A stretch of 62,240 nt of DNA from a virus, in the IMG/VR virus record IMGVR_UViG_3300045988_042951, one strand, 5' to 3'. The position numbers were made by a program, and so were the translations under genes. The notes under the pieces were generated by a model, which searched no databases, was not told where the DNA came from, and was given only the letters and a program-made list of their open reading frames with translations. How positions within the stretch are numbered: the stretch's first letter is position 1; each line of letters opens with the position of its first letter. This document shows positions 52,704-61,067 of the stretch, piece after piece.

Positions 52704-53120
52704 ATGGCATATGGCGGTTATTTGTTTAAGGTGGGAGAATATATCGTCCCACAGAAATTCATCAAAGCTGACACATATAGGTCTTATGTGAATATGCAGG
52801 ACATAGACGATTACCCGGACGCTAATGGTTATTTACATCGCAACGCGGTTGAACTTAAAGCGGTGAAGATTGAGTTTGATGTGCGTGCCATGCTGACAGG
52901 TAGTGAACTGGAAGAGCTTATGTCTAATATCCGTAACAACTATACAAGCGCAAGAGGCAGAGAGTGTATCATTACCGCTTTTATTCCTGAGTACAACGAC
53001 TATGTGACGCAAAAGGGCTATCTCGCTGACTTCCAGCCGCAGATATATGGCACATACGGCGGTGAGATACATTACAGCTCATTCAGAATGGCATTTATTG
53101 GGGGTGTATACGATGGTTGA
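52704..53120 (+). CDS. distal tail protein (Dit)-like
   Basis: Lies before the large tail-tip protein. ATG 52704 follows AAAGGCGGTAAC. Confidence 0.5.
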   Translation: MAYGGYLFKVGEYIVPQKFIKADTYRSYVNMQDIDDYPDANGYLHRNAVELKAVKIEFDVRAMLTGSELEELMSNIRNNYTSARGRECIITAFIPEYNDYVTQKGYLADFQPQIYGTYGGEIHYSSFRMAFIGGVYDG

Positions 53121-56100
53121 TTACGGTTTACAGGATTTGTTTTACGCCCCTAACGTAGATAAACAGCTCATTATTACAACAGATGACGGCTCCGTGACAA
53201 TCACCAACACGGAGCTACATCAAGAGAGCTTTGAACTGACAGAAAGTTTATGCTCCGAGAGTGAGTTGACATTCGGAGCGTGTGAAGCGGCGGCGGTTAA
53301 GTTCACAATATCAAATGTTTTTACATCGCTAAAGGATAAGTGGATAACCGTTAAGATGGTGCTTAACGGCGACAACTCTAATCCATTCATATTTGGACGC
53401 TACAAGGTTGTATCGGATAAACCAACGGCTGATAGAACAAAACGCGAAATTGAGGCTTACGATGCGCTGTACGACGTGATTAACGCCGATGTCGTTGGTT
53501 GGTATAACAACATACTGCCTAACACAGAGACTTATGTAACATTAAAGCAATTCAGGAATAACTTTTTCAATTATTTTGGCATTGTACAAAAAGATATAAC
53601 GCTTGCTAACGATGATATGACGACAAGCAGAACTGTTGATGCAGATGAATTGAGTGGAAGCCAAGTACTCAATGCTATATGCGAAATCAACGGTTGCTTA
53701 GGACACATCGGGCGCACCGGGCAATATGAATATGTTTATCTTGACAGCACATCACCAATAACTATCAGTAAGAACCATTATATCAGTGCTGACTATCAGG
53801 ACTATATGGTGGCACAGATTGATAAATTGCAGATAAGACAGGATGAGGACGATATAGGTTCGATTGTTGGCACAGGCAGCAATACTTATGTAATCGAGAA
53901 TAATTTTCTTGTGTATGGGAAGGATGCGGCACAGTTAAAGACTATTGCGACTAATGCGTTCAATCGCATTAAGAGTATTACATATCGCCCGGCAGAAATA
54001 TCAAGTGTAGGAAACCCATGTATTGAAGTCGGTGACGCAATTAAGCTGTCAACTAAGTATGCAGAGCTAACCACTTATGTCTTAGAACGCTCCCTGAAAG
54101 GCATACAAGCCCTTACAGACAGTTTTACGGCACAGGGCGAACAATTACGCACCACACAAATAAACAGCTCTAATAAGTCGATTACGCAACTCAAAGGCAG
54201 AGTAAATCGGTTGACCCACAATGTTGACCAAAACAAAGCGGAAATATTGAATGTTGAAGAAGGATTAAAAAACGAGATAACGCAGACTGCATCGGAACTA
54301 GAAATTAAGATACAAAGTTTGCAATCGCAGATAGACGGTGAAATAACAGTAATCAACGGACATGGAGTACCAACGCTCTATAATTACCCTGCATACAACT
54401 GGACAGCAAGCCCTAAGACAGGTGATATTCTTGTTGAGGGACTAAAGTTCACCTATTCGGATGAAGTGTATCGTAAACATCAGCGAACTTTATTTTTTGA
54501 TGAAGATAGCATAACAACTTATCGTTTTATCAAAAAAGATAATGTGTGGACGTGGGAGCCGATAGTCGACACTGAATATTCAGTGATTCAAAAGCAGATA
54601 GCAGACTTGAACGTAACTACACAGGGGATTACTCAGAGCGTTGAGCAGTTGTCAACCAAGGTAACGAATGATTATATCACACAAATTGACGCCAAGACGC
54701 TCGTATCGACTACAGCAGACGGAATCAAGGAGGATATATCTAAGACATACACCACTAGGGATTACATCAACACATTGAGCGCAGAGTTTAACAGGACAGC
54801 AGAAGGGCTTACTGCACAGATAAGTGAAGTAAATGAAGCACTTGACGGTGCAAATGAAGTCTACACCATACAAGGAACACCAACCTTGCGGAATTACCCT
54901 GCATACAACTGGACATCGGGACCAGTGGTTGGCGATAAACTTACGCAAGGATTGCGCTTTACTTATTCGGATGTAAGCTATAAGAAACACAACAGAGCAC
55001 TTGTGTATGACGAGGTTGCCGGCAAGACGTATAGATTCATTAAGAATGGCGATACGTGGGGATTCTCCGATGTTGGCAATACCGAGTTTTCATGGGTCAA
55101 CAAGAAACTTGCTGAGTACAAGGCGACAGTTGATGGAGTTTCCGCCGATTTGTCAAAGTTTGAAACAAAAGTCGGTTCGGATTATATAACCAAGGTTGAC
55201 GCTCAGGCAAGTATTAATTATTCGGTGGAAGAACTATCTAGAGAGTTCAGTAAGACTTACGCAACACAAGAAGCTCTTAGCGATTATTCAACCACTACGC
55301 AGATGAATACCGCGATAGCCGAAAGTGCAAAGGGCATTAAAATTGAAATCAGTAAAAGCTACGCAACGCAAAAAACTGTGGATGATATGAAGACCACATT
55401 AAATGCCACGGCAGAAGGGCTGAGCGCAAAAGTTGGAAAAAACGAACTGATAACAGAAATCAATGCAAGTGCTGAGCAAGTCAAAATAGCATCGAGCAAG
55501 CTTGACTTACAAGGTTTGGTTACGATTTCTTCTCTGAAAGAAAGCGGACAGACTGTAATTAATGCGGACAATATTACGACAGGGACTATTAATGCTCTTG
55601 CAATTGATGGCTGTACAATAACAGGTAGTTCAGTTGCGTTTGCTAATGACACGGGTGGATGGAATACGATTATTAATTCAGCAGGATGGTGGATGGTTGG
55701 TAAGAACCCTGCCACGGGAGAAGAAAATGCTTTGAATACACCTGCATACTTTATGGATAATAGTGGTTTCTCGAGCATGTATGTAGGCGGACTTCTTAGA
55801 TATCGCAATGAAGCAGAGTTTTTGACGGGCGCGTATGCGAGTGGCTCAGGAGCTTACTACTCGCAACGTGCTAGATGGTACAACATTGCGCTAATGGCTA
55901 ATAGCACATCTGATATACGATATAAGAATGATATACAGTACTTGGACGATGAAGAGAACATGGAAGAACTTTTCGACAGTCTTTTGCCAGCAGCGTTCTA
56001 TTATAACAAGGGAACAGGCTATATTGAGACGCAAAGGCACTTAGGTTTTATCGCACAAGATATCGAAAAAGCTATTGCAAATTTAAGAATTACCAATGAT

Positions 56101-56238
56101 ATGGCATTATTTGACCATGAGGATGAGAAAAAGCTGGGTGTTGATAAACAAGAGCTAATAGCCCTGTGTGTATGGCAAATTCAAAAATTAAAAGCCCGTG
56201 TCAAGGAGCTTGAAACAAATATAGGAGGCACAACATGA
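53113..56238 (+). CDS. tail-tip/fibre protein with internal 170-aa duplication and C-terminal S74 intramolecular-chaperone domain
   Basis: The start overlaps the Dit-like stop. Repeat P(T/N)L(Y/R)NYPAYNWT at 54371 and 54881. C-terminal SDIRYKNDI...GFIAQDIEKA...ELIALCVWQIQKLKARV. Confidence 0.75.
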   Translation: MVDYGLQDLFYAPNVDKQLIITTDDGSVTITNTELHQESFELTESLCSESELTFGACEAAAVKFTISNVFTSLKDKWITVKMVLNGDNSNPFIFGRYKVVSDKPTADRTKREIEAYDALYDVINADVVGWYNNILPNTETYVTLKQFRNNFFNYFGIVQKDITLANDDMTTSRTVDADELSGSQVLNAICEINGCLGHIGRTGQYEYVYLDSTSPITISKNHYISADYQDYMVAQIDKLQIRQDEDDIGSIVGTGSNTYVIENNFLVYGKDAAQLKTIATNAFNRIKSITYRPAEISSVGNPCIEVGDAIKLSTKYAELTTYVLERSLKGIQALTDSFTAQGEQLRTTQINSSNKSITQLKGRVNRLTHNVDQNKAEILNVEEGLKNEITQTASELEIKIQSLQSQIDGEITVINGHGVPTLYNYPAYNWTASPKTGDILVEGLKFTYSDEVYRKHQRTLFFDEDSITTYRFIKKDNVWTWEPIVDTEYSVIQKQIADLNVTTQGITQSVEQLSTKVTNDYITQIDAKTLVSTTADGIKEDISKTYTTRDYINTLSAEFNRTAEGLTAQISEVNEALDGANEVYTIQGTPTLRNYPAYNWTSGPVVGDKLTQGLRFTYSDVSYKKHNRALVYDEVAGKTYRFIKNGDTWGFSDVGNTEFSWVNKKLAEYKATVDGVSADLSKFETKVGSDYITKVDAQASINYSVEELSREFSKTYATQEALSDYSTTTQMNTAIAESAKGIKIEISKSYATQKTVDDMKTTLNATAEGLSAKVGKNELITEINASAEQVKIASSKLDLQGLVTISSLKESGQTVINADNITTGTINALAIDGCTITGSSVAFANDTGGWNTIINSAGWWMVGKNPATGEENALNTPAYFMDNSGFSSMYVGGLLRYRNEAEFLTGAYASGSGAYYSQRARWYNIALMANSTSDIRYKNDIQYLDDEENMEELFDSLLPAAFYYNKGTGYIETQRHLGFIAQDIEKAIANLRITNDMALFDHEDEKKLGVDKQELIALCVWQIQKLKARVKELETNIGGTT

Positions 56239-56462
56239 GTAGTAATTATGACATTAGGATATTCCGCAATTCGTTAATATCCTACATTAGGAAGTCACCG
56301 ATAGAACCGGAGGTTAAGCTTCTGGTTCTAAAGGATTTAACCGCTCAGACAGAGAAGGACGCAGACGAGATAGTTGTCCGCGAGGCAGCGGAATTAGAAA
56401 AAGCGGCGCAACTTAAAAGAAATGCCGATAAGGCATCAGAGCAGAAAGAAAGCGAGGCATAA
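56235..56462 (+). CDS. hypothetical protein (75 aa)
   Basis: ATGA overlap with the upstream gene. Confidence 0.5.
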   Translation: MSSNYDIRIFRNSLISYIRKSPIEPEVKLLVLKDLTAQTEKDADEIVVREAAELEKAAQLKRNADKASEQKESEA

Positions 56463-56465
56463 ACT

Positions 56466-56843
56466 ATGGCAGTAGAATATAATCAGCATACATGGGGGTA
56501 TGGCGAGGAGCTTACACCCGATAAGTTTAATAATATTGAGGGCGGTGTTAAGGCAAATGCGGATGCAATTAATGAGGTAAATAATAATTTAAACATTTCA
56601 AGCCTTGAAATGGGAACAGCTACAACTCCAACCGAAGGGCAAGCAACTATTTATTATTCTAAAACTCATGATAGACCAGCAGATATTATCATCGCCACAG
56701 CTCTAAGTGCACACGATGTTGTAAGAATTGTGCAAATTACAGGCTCATATAATAATAGATTCTTGGCAGAATGCTGGAATGATAGTTTCAAGGACTTTGT
56801 CAATTGTACCTTTAGTTACCTTGCAATTTGGAACAAGGCATAA
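56466..56843 (+). CDS. small fibre-tip / receptor-binding-type protein: constant N-terminus plus currently expressed C-terminal cassette C1
   Basis: The N-terminus MAVEYNQHTWGYGEELTPDKFNNIEGGV resembles Gram-positive phage fibre N-termini. Crossover site A lies at codons 38-42. Confidence 0.65.
   Translation: MAVEYNQHTWGYGEELTPDKFNNIEGGVKANADAINEVNNNLNISSLEMGTATTPTEGQATIYYSKTHDRPADIIIATALSAHDVVRIVQITGSYNNRFLAECWNDSFKDFVNCTFSYLAIWNKA
56577..56595 (+). repeat. crossover site A (GTAAATAATAATTTAAACA)
   Basis: A perfect 15-bp inverted copy lies at 57464-57478. A 15/17 inverted copy lies at 57208-57224. All are in the same codon register. Confidence 0.65.
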
Positions 56844-56845
56844 CA

Positions 56846-57235
56846 TTATCCTAATTGTAATGCGTAGAATGTTGGAGTATATATTGACATATTGCCATCA
56901 GTAACGCACCAGAAATATATTGGTAATTCTTTACTTGTCTCAATACATTGGGCAAGATTTACATTTGTTTTTACAGCACCTTTCAATATTTGACCTTCAT
57001 AACTTTGAGCAAGTGCAAATGAATAGCCTGCTTCACCGCTTATTACAACATAACTGGTAAATCGGTCATCGCCAACTTCGACATATGCGTTGCCGAACAG
57101 CAACCATTTACCTGCGGTTAAATTGATGGTCTGTAAGATTGCCGAATCGTTTGTTACATTGATGGTTTCAACTTTGTTATATACACTTTTTTGAACATTG
57201 GATATTTTGTTTAAATTAATCTTTGTTTGAGTTAG
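56846..57235 (-). other. promoterless, start-less alternative C-terminal cassette C2
   Basis: The minus frame is open from the TAATAA at 57241-57236 down to the stop at 56846. It reads LTQTKINLNKISNVQKSVYNKVETINV...TPTFYALQLG*. There is no ATG or RBS (the ORF track only finds an internal TTG). Confidence 0.6.
57208..57226 (-). repeat. crossover site C (minus strand: ACAAAGATTAATTTAAACA)
   Basis: It shares TAATTTAAACA and 15/17 positions with site A, in inverted orientation and in frame. Confidence 0.5.
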
Positions 57236-57238
57236 TTA

Positions 57239-57478
57239 TTAATATTCTGCAACAATAGCCAAGCCGATATTACCTTTACCATCACTCCAGTCGAATGCAA
57301 AACTTGAATTGCTAAGTATTTTCTTGGGGAGCAATATATCCCCCGTGTTAGTTAGTACAAAAGCTATGTATTGTGTAGTATCAATACTGTTAAATTCAAC
57401 TACCTCGTTACCATCTGTACGCTGTTTGGTTTGAAAACGCATTTGAGCAAGTCTGGAGCGTGCTAAATTATTATTTAC
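57239..57478 (-). other. promoterless alternative C-terminal cassette C3
   Basis: The minus frame reads VNNNLARSRLAQMRFQTKQRTDGNEVVEF...GLAIVAEY*. The internal Met at 57442 has no RBS. The frame opens right after the recombinase stop. Confidence 0.6.
57464..57478 (-). repeat. crossover site B (minus strand: GTAAATAATAATTTA)
   Basis: Perfect 15-bp inverted repeat of 56577-56591. It lies 12 nt from the recombinase stop codon. Confidence 0.65.
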
Positions 57479-57490
57479 ATGGCTACGGCA

Positions 57491-58483
57491 TCACACTGTA
57501 GCCACATACTTCTCAAAGATAGTTCGTGTATGCTCCTCACCTATGTAACTGTAATGCTTGCCTGTAACGCTTTGGTCTTTGTGTCCAAGATATTCCCCAG
57601 CATCATGCACCGAACCACCACGCTTGATGATGTTGGTGGCGGTGGTCTTACGGAATAGGTGAGGATATATGCGGCGGTCAATCCTTGCGTTGTTCTTAAT
57701 GCGTGTAAGCGTTGCCCTTACGCTATCTTCACTCATTGACTTATCTGTGCGGCTTTGGGTAAAAAGCGGCTTATCGGGGCTGTTAGAGCCGTTCCTTGAC
57801 ACGATATAGTCGCGCAGATACTTGTAAGCCACATCATCAAGATAGACTGTTCTGTAATTCTGCGTTTTGGGTGCGAATATCCGCACTGTCTTATTATTCC
57901 AGTCCACATCGGACACTTTCACATTGATTAGCTCACCGACACGGACAGCGGTTGAACGAAGAAATTCTATAATTGCCCTGTCCTTAGGAGCAGTGCAACC
58001 GCTTTTTAATTGTTCATATTCTGTCGGCTCCATGTGGTCAATCGGCTTTTCAATTTCCTTGTATGCCTCGATTGCGTCACATGGGTTGCGGTCAATTATA
58101 TTCTGTTTGCACAACCAACGATAAAATGCCGATATATTACGGCGGTGATTGTTAAGCGATACAGCGGAATTGTTAGGTGCAAGACTGCCTAAGAAGCCCT
58201 CAATGTCGATTGAGGTTATATCGGCTATTGACTTGTTAGCGTATTTGATAAGTTTGTTGACAGTATCAAGGTAATAGCTTGCAGTTTTGGGCGATATTTT
58301 CGGTGCTTTTATCTTATTAAACAAGTCAAATATCTGCTCATCAGTGTAAGTGCTTGGTTTATCCACAATATTCACAGTCAACAGTTCACAGCTTATGGCA
58401 TCAACCAAGACAGCCATAGCCTTAGCTGACAGAAAATCGGTCATTTTGGTTACAACATTGTTAATAATTGTCGCTTTGTTCAT
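57491..58483 (-). CDS. tyrosine site-specific recombinase (integrase/Rci/Xer family)
   Basis: SAM-like N-domain. Catalytic pattern ...STAVRVGEL..., YPHLFRKT (HxxR), LGHKD, GKHYSY (Tyr). Confidence 0.9.
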   Translation of the reverse strand: MNKATIINNVVTKMTDFLSAKAMAVLVDAISCELLTVNIVDKPSTYTDEQIFDLFNKIKAPKISPKTASYYLDTVNKLIKYANKSIADITSIDIEGFLGSLAPNNSAVSLNNHRRNISAFYRWLCKQNIIDRNPCDAIEAYKEIEKPIDHMEPTEYEQLKSGCTAPKDRAIIEFLRSTAVRVGELINVKVSDVDWNNKTVRIFAPKTQNYRTVYLDDVAYKYLRDYIVSRNGSNSPDKPLFTQSRTDKSMSEDSVRATLTRIKNNARIDRRIYPHLFRKTTATNIIKRGGSVHDAGEYLGHKDQSVTGKHYSYIGEEHTRTIFEKYVATV

Positions 58484-58740
58484 AGTAAAACCTCCGTATT
58501 TTGTAATGTTTTGTCAAATTTTGGTTGTCGATTGTTCAGATTTTAGTACAATAAAGTGCTATTATGGACTTGTCCAATAAGGACAGGTTCAAGCTTTGGT
58601 GAGCAAGGGGCAATGTTGATTGGCGTTGGCATTGTTCCTTGCGAGTGGGGGTTATTAGTTGTCGACATTAGCGAACAAATGTTCTATAATTGGGACATCG
58701 CTACTGGAAAACGTGTGGTTGTAAAGGGGAAATGCAAAAC

Positions 58741-58863
58741 ATGAAAAAAAATGCGGATTACTACCGAAGAAGAATAATTGACTTAATTAACAAAACGGAT
58801 GATTTGTGGATATTGGACCATATACTAAAATTTGTTCAAGGAATGACAAAGGAGAGGGAATAA
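58741..58863 (+). CDS. very small hypothetical protein (40 aa)
   Basis: MKKNADYYRRRIIDLINKTDDLWILDHILKFVQGM. Ends in the bidirectional terminator. Confidence 0.4.
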   Translation: MKKNADYYRRRIIDLINKTDDLWILDHILKFVQGMTKERE

Positions 58864-58877
58864 CCCTCTCCTCTTTT
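58851..58877. terminator. bidirectional terminator
   Basis: GGAGAGGG-AATAA-CCCTCTCC with flanking T/A runs. Confidence 0.7.
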
Positions 58878-59238
58878 ACTCATCTAACAGTTTCTTTGCT
58901 ATTTCAGCAAGATTTTCCCAGTCTTTGACGGTTAGCCTTGTTAAGGCTGATACAAATTTTTTCTGGAAATTGTCATCTTTTAAAGCCATCGTCTCAGTGA
59001 CAAAAGCTCCGATTTCCTGCTCCTTGGTTCTTGATTTGAACATTTCCCCGATGCCATTCCGAAGCCATTCTTCATTGACGTTAAATTCTTTACATATCAA
59101 TGCTATAGCTGAATCACTTGGAATACTTCTACCCATTTCGTATGTTGCAACAGTGTTTCTTTTCACTTTTATTTTGTCAGCAAATTCTTGTTGCGTCAAA
59201 TTCAGAGCATTTCTTATCTTCCTAATACGCTCATTCAT
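58876..59238 (-). CDS. CI-like XRE-family repressor
   Basis: IRKIRNALNLTQQEFADKIKVKRNTVATYEMGRSIPS HTH. Divergent from the early promoter. Confidence 0.8.
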   Translation of the reverse strand: MNERIRKIRNALNLTQQEFADKIKVKRNTVATYEMGRSIPSDSAIALICKEFNVNEEWLRNGIGEMFKSRTKEQEIGAFVTETMALKDDNFQKKFVSALTRLTVKDWENLAEIAKKLLDE

Positions 59239-59280
59239 TTATTTTCACACCTCCTTCCTGCAAATTTATATTATCACGCC

Positions 59281-59355
59281 TTGTTGAAAAAATCAACAAA
59301 AATATGTTGACAAATGTTTTTTAATGACATATAATTGTTTTACAATCAACAGAAA
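59281..59355 (+). promoter_or_regulatory. early rightward promoter TTGACA-17-TATAAT flanked by operator-like inverted repeats
   Basis: TTGTTGA-N5-TCAACAA at 59281-59299. TTGACA at 59307-59312. TATAAT at 59330-59335. Partial second site TTGTTTTACAATCAACA downstream. Confidence 0.7.
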
Positions 59356-59367
59356 AGAGGTGAGAAC

Positions 59368-60042
59368 GTGAACGAACTTGTACATTTAGAGCATGATGAA
59401 GCTGTATGCAACAGTTTGGAGGTTGCTGAAAAGTTTGGTAAAAGACATGACAAGCTGATTTCAGAAATAGAAAGAATGTACTCTGATTTAATCGGAAAAG
59501 GGTGTGCCCAAAATGGTGGAGACCCCCTATTTGTAAAAAGTAGTTACATTCATCCACAAAATAAACAGGAATATCCAATGTACCTTATGAACCGAGACGG
59601 CTTTTCATTATTGGTAATGGGATTTACCGGAAAGAAAGCGTTAGATTGGAAACTTAAATACATAAACGCTTTTAATCAGATGGAGAATTACATCAGAGAA
59701 AAACAGTCGCAGTCTTGGATTGAAACAAGAACAGTCGGTAAGCTGTCGAGAAAAGCTGAAACAGATGTATTAAAGCAGTTAGTTGAATATGCCAAACAGC
59801 AGGGAAGCGAACACGCTGATATGCTGTATATGACATATTCAAAACTGGCAAACAAAACTGTCGGTGTGGCTGATAGAGATACCGCAACCGCTAAACAACT
59901 GACGAACTTATCCGTCACAGAAAATATCATATTGAAAGTAGTTGAAGAAGGTATCAGCCAACAGCTCCATTATAAAGAGATTTACAAGAATTGTAAAGAC
60001 CGATTGGCGATAGTCAATCAGTTAGCGTATTTGACAGTATGA
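59368..60042 (+). CDS. Rha-family phage regulatory protein (copy 2)
   Basis: GTG after AAGAGGTGAGAAC. VCNSLEVAEKFGKRHDKLISEIER...YPMYLMNRDGFSLLVMGFTGKKALDWKLKYINAFNQME. Confidence 0.8.
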   Translation: MNELVHLEHDEAVCNSLEVAEKFGKRHDKLISEIERMYSDLIGKGCAQNGGDPLFVKSSYIHPQNKQEYPMYLMNRDGFSLLVMGFTGKKALDWKLKYINAFNQMENYIREKQSQSWIETRTVGKLSRKAETDVLKQLVEYAKQQGSEHADMLYMTYSKLANKTVGVADRDTATAKQLTNLSVTENIILKVVEEGISQQLHYKEIYKNCKDRLAIVNQLAYLTV

Positions 60043-60089
60043 AAGGAAGTGAGCTTTTGAAAAAAATGACATACCGACAGAAACGAGAT

Positions 60090-60482
60090 TTACTCAATAA
60101 GTTCGAACCGTTCATAATCGGTGCAGTTCAACTCATAAGTGCTTTGGCTGGTGCTGCTACTGGAATAGCTATCTGCTACTTTTTCTAAATGATATGTAGC
60201 CGTGGCGGTTACAAGAGCCACAATAAAAGGGATTAGGATATTTCTTAAAAATTCGAGAAAAACATATTCTTTATAGTGTTTTCCTTTAACAGATAAAACA
60301 TAAGAAAACACCGTTCTATCATTGGAAACATCTACGTTTCTGAAAAAGCCTAATTCTTTTAAATCTAAAAAAGCTTGGTAAATATCTTCACCGGAATATT
60401 TACCGAATTTTGAAAGTTCAATGGAGCCAACCATATTTGAAGATACTTTTTTCAAAATAGTTCTTTCAATTTTTAAAAGCAT
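60090..60482 (-). CDS. membrane-anchored hypothetical protein
   Basis: C-terminal-half TM segment ILIPFIVALVTATATY. Lone reverse-strand gene in the early region. Confidence 0.55.
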   Translation of the reverse strand: MLLKIERTILKKVSSNMVGSIELSKFGKYSGEDIYQAFLDLKELGFFRNVDVSNDRTVFSYVLSVKGKHYKEYVFLEFLRNILIPFIVALVTATATYHLEKVADSYSSSSTSQSTYELNCTDYERFELIE

Positions 60483-60534
60483 AATAATACCTCCGGTTTT
60501 TAAAACATTATATCACAGAAGGGAAGTGAATTGA

Positions 60535-60684
60535 ATGAGTGAGCAGGAAAAAGAGATTATTCGTAAGCTGTCCGACACAATCCCTAAGCTTGACGATAAC
60601 AAGAAGAACTACATTCTTGGTGTAGCCGAGGGAATGGCAATAGCTAGAGAAGCAGAGAAAAGCGAAAACAGCAGAAAGGAGTAA
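60535..60684 (+). CDS. small hypothetical protein (49 aa)
   Basis: ATG after GGGAAGTGAATTGA. Sequence: MSEQEKEIIRKLSDTIPKLDDNKKNYILGVAEGMAIAREAE. Confidence 0.45.
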   Translation: MSEQEKEIIRKLSDTIPKLDDNKKNYILGVAEGMAIAREAEKSENSRKE

Positions 60685-60687
60685 GAC

Positions 60688-60864
60688 TTGAAGAAAGTGT
60701 TCGACATGAACAATATAGGCTCAATTCAGTGTGTCGCACTTGCTACAACTGAAAAGGACAAGGACGAACTATTGAAAAGAGCCTATTGGGTGATGTTTTC
60801 ACCCGAGGAAAATGATATTAACTGCTGGGTTCTGTGTCGAGATAAATCGGAGGTTCCGAGTTAG
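60688..60864 (+). CDS. small hypothetical ORF (58 aa)
   Basis: TTG 60688 or ATG 60706. Converges on and overlaps 60818..61009. Confidence 0.3.
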   Translation: MKKVFDMNNIGSIQCVALATTEKDKDELLKRAYWVMFSPEENDINCWVLCRDKSEVPS

Positions 60865-61009
60865 ACCATTCTAAATGAATCCACGAATAGTCCGCAGGGA
60901 ATCCGCTTGATATTCCGATGTACTTCCAACCAAGACTTACATATTTGGAAATTATCTCATTGATTCTATCATCGGACAGTCCATTGCATTTAATCATTTT
61001 CTTTTCCAT
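60818..61009 (-). CDS. small hypothetical protein (63 aa)
   Basis: The minus strand reads AAGAGGTGATACT-ATG GAA AAG. The longer ORF-track version starts in the intergenic region. Confidence 0.5.
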   Translation of the reverse strand: MEKKMIKCNGLSDDRINEIISKYVSLGWKYIGISSGFPADYSWIHLEWSNSEPPIYLDTEPSS

Positions 61010-61067
61010 AGTATCACCTCTTTTCTGATTAAAGAATAAGAGGATTATAGCACAAGAAAGGAGAAGA

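Noticed and set aside
53113-56238. Diversity-generating retroelement targeting the tail-tip protein, suggested by the internal repeat.
   Set aside because: Both repeat copies are in-frame parts of the same ORF. No reverse transcriptase gene or template-repeat-type non-coding copy exists in the genome.
57239-57442. Annotating 57239..57442 and 56846..57103 (minus strand) as ordinary small genes, as the ORF track suggests.
   Set aside because: Neither has an RBS. The first starts at an internal Met and the second at an internal TTG. Both frames extend upstream to the inverted copies of the fibre-gene crossover site, in the same codon register, so a cassette interpretation fits better.
58484-58740. 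Calling the 257-nt region upstream of the tyrosine recombinase the attP site.
   Set aside because: Only weak partial palindromes are present (for example GGACTTGTCC..GGACAGGTTC). There is no recognisable tRNA-derived core. It cannot be supported without host junction sequences.
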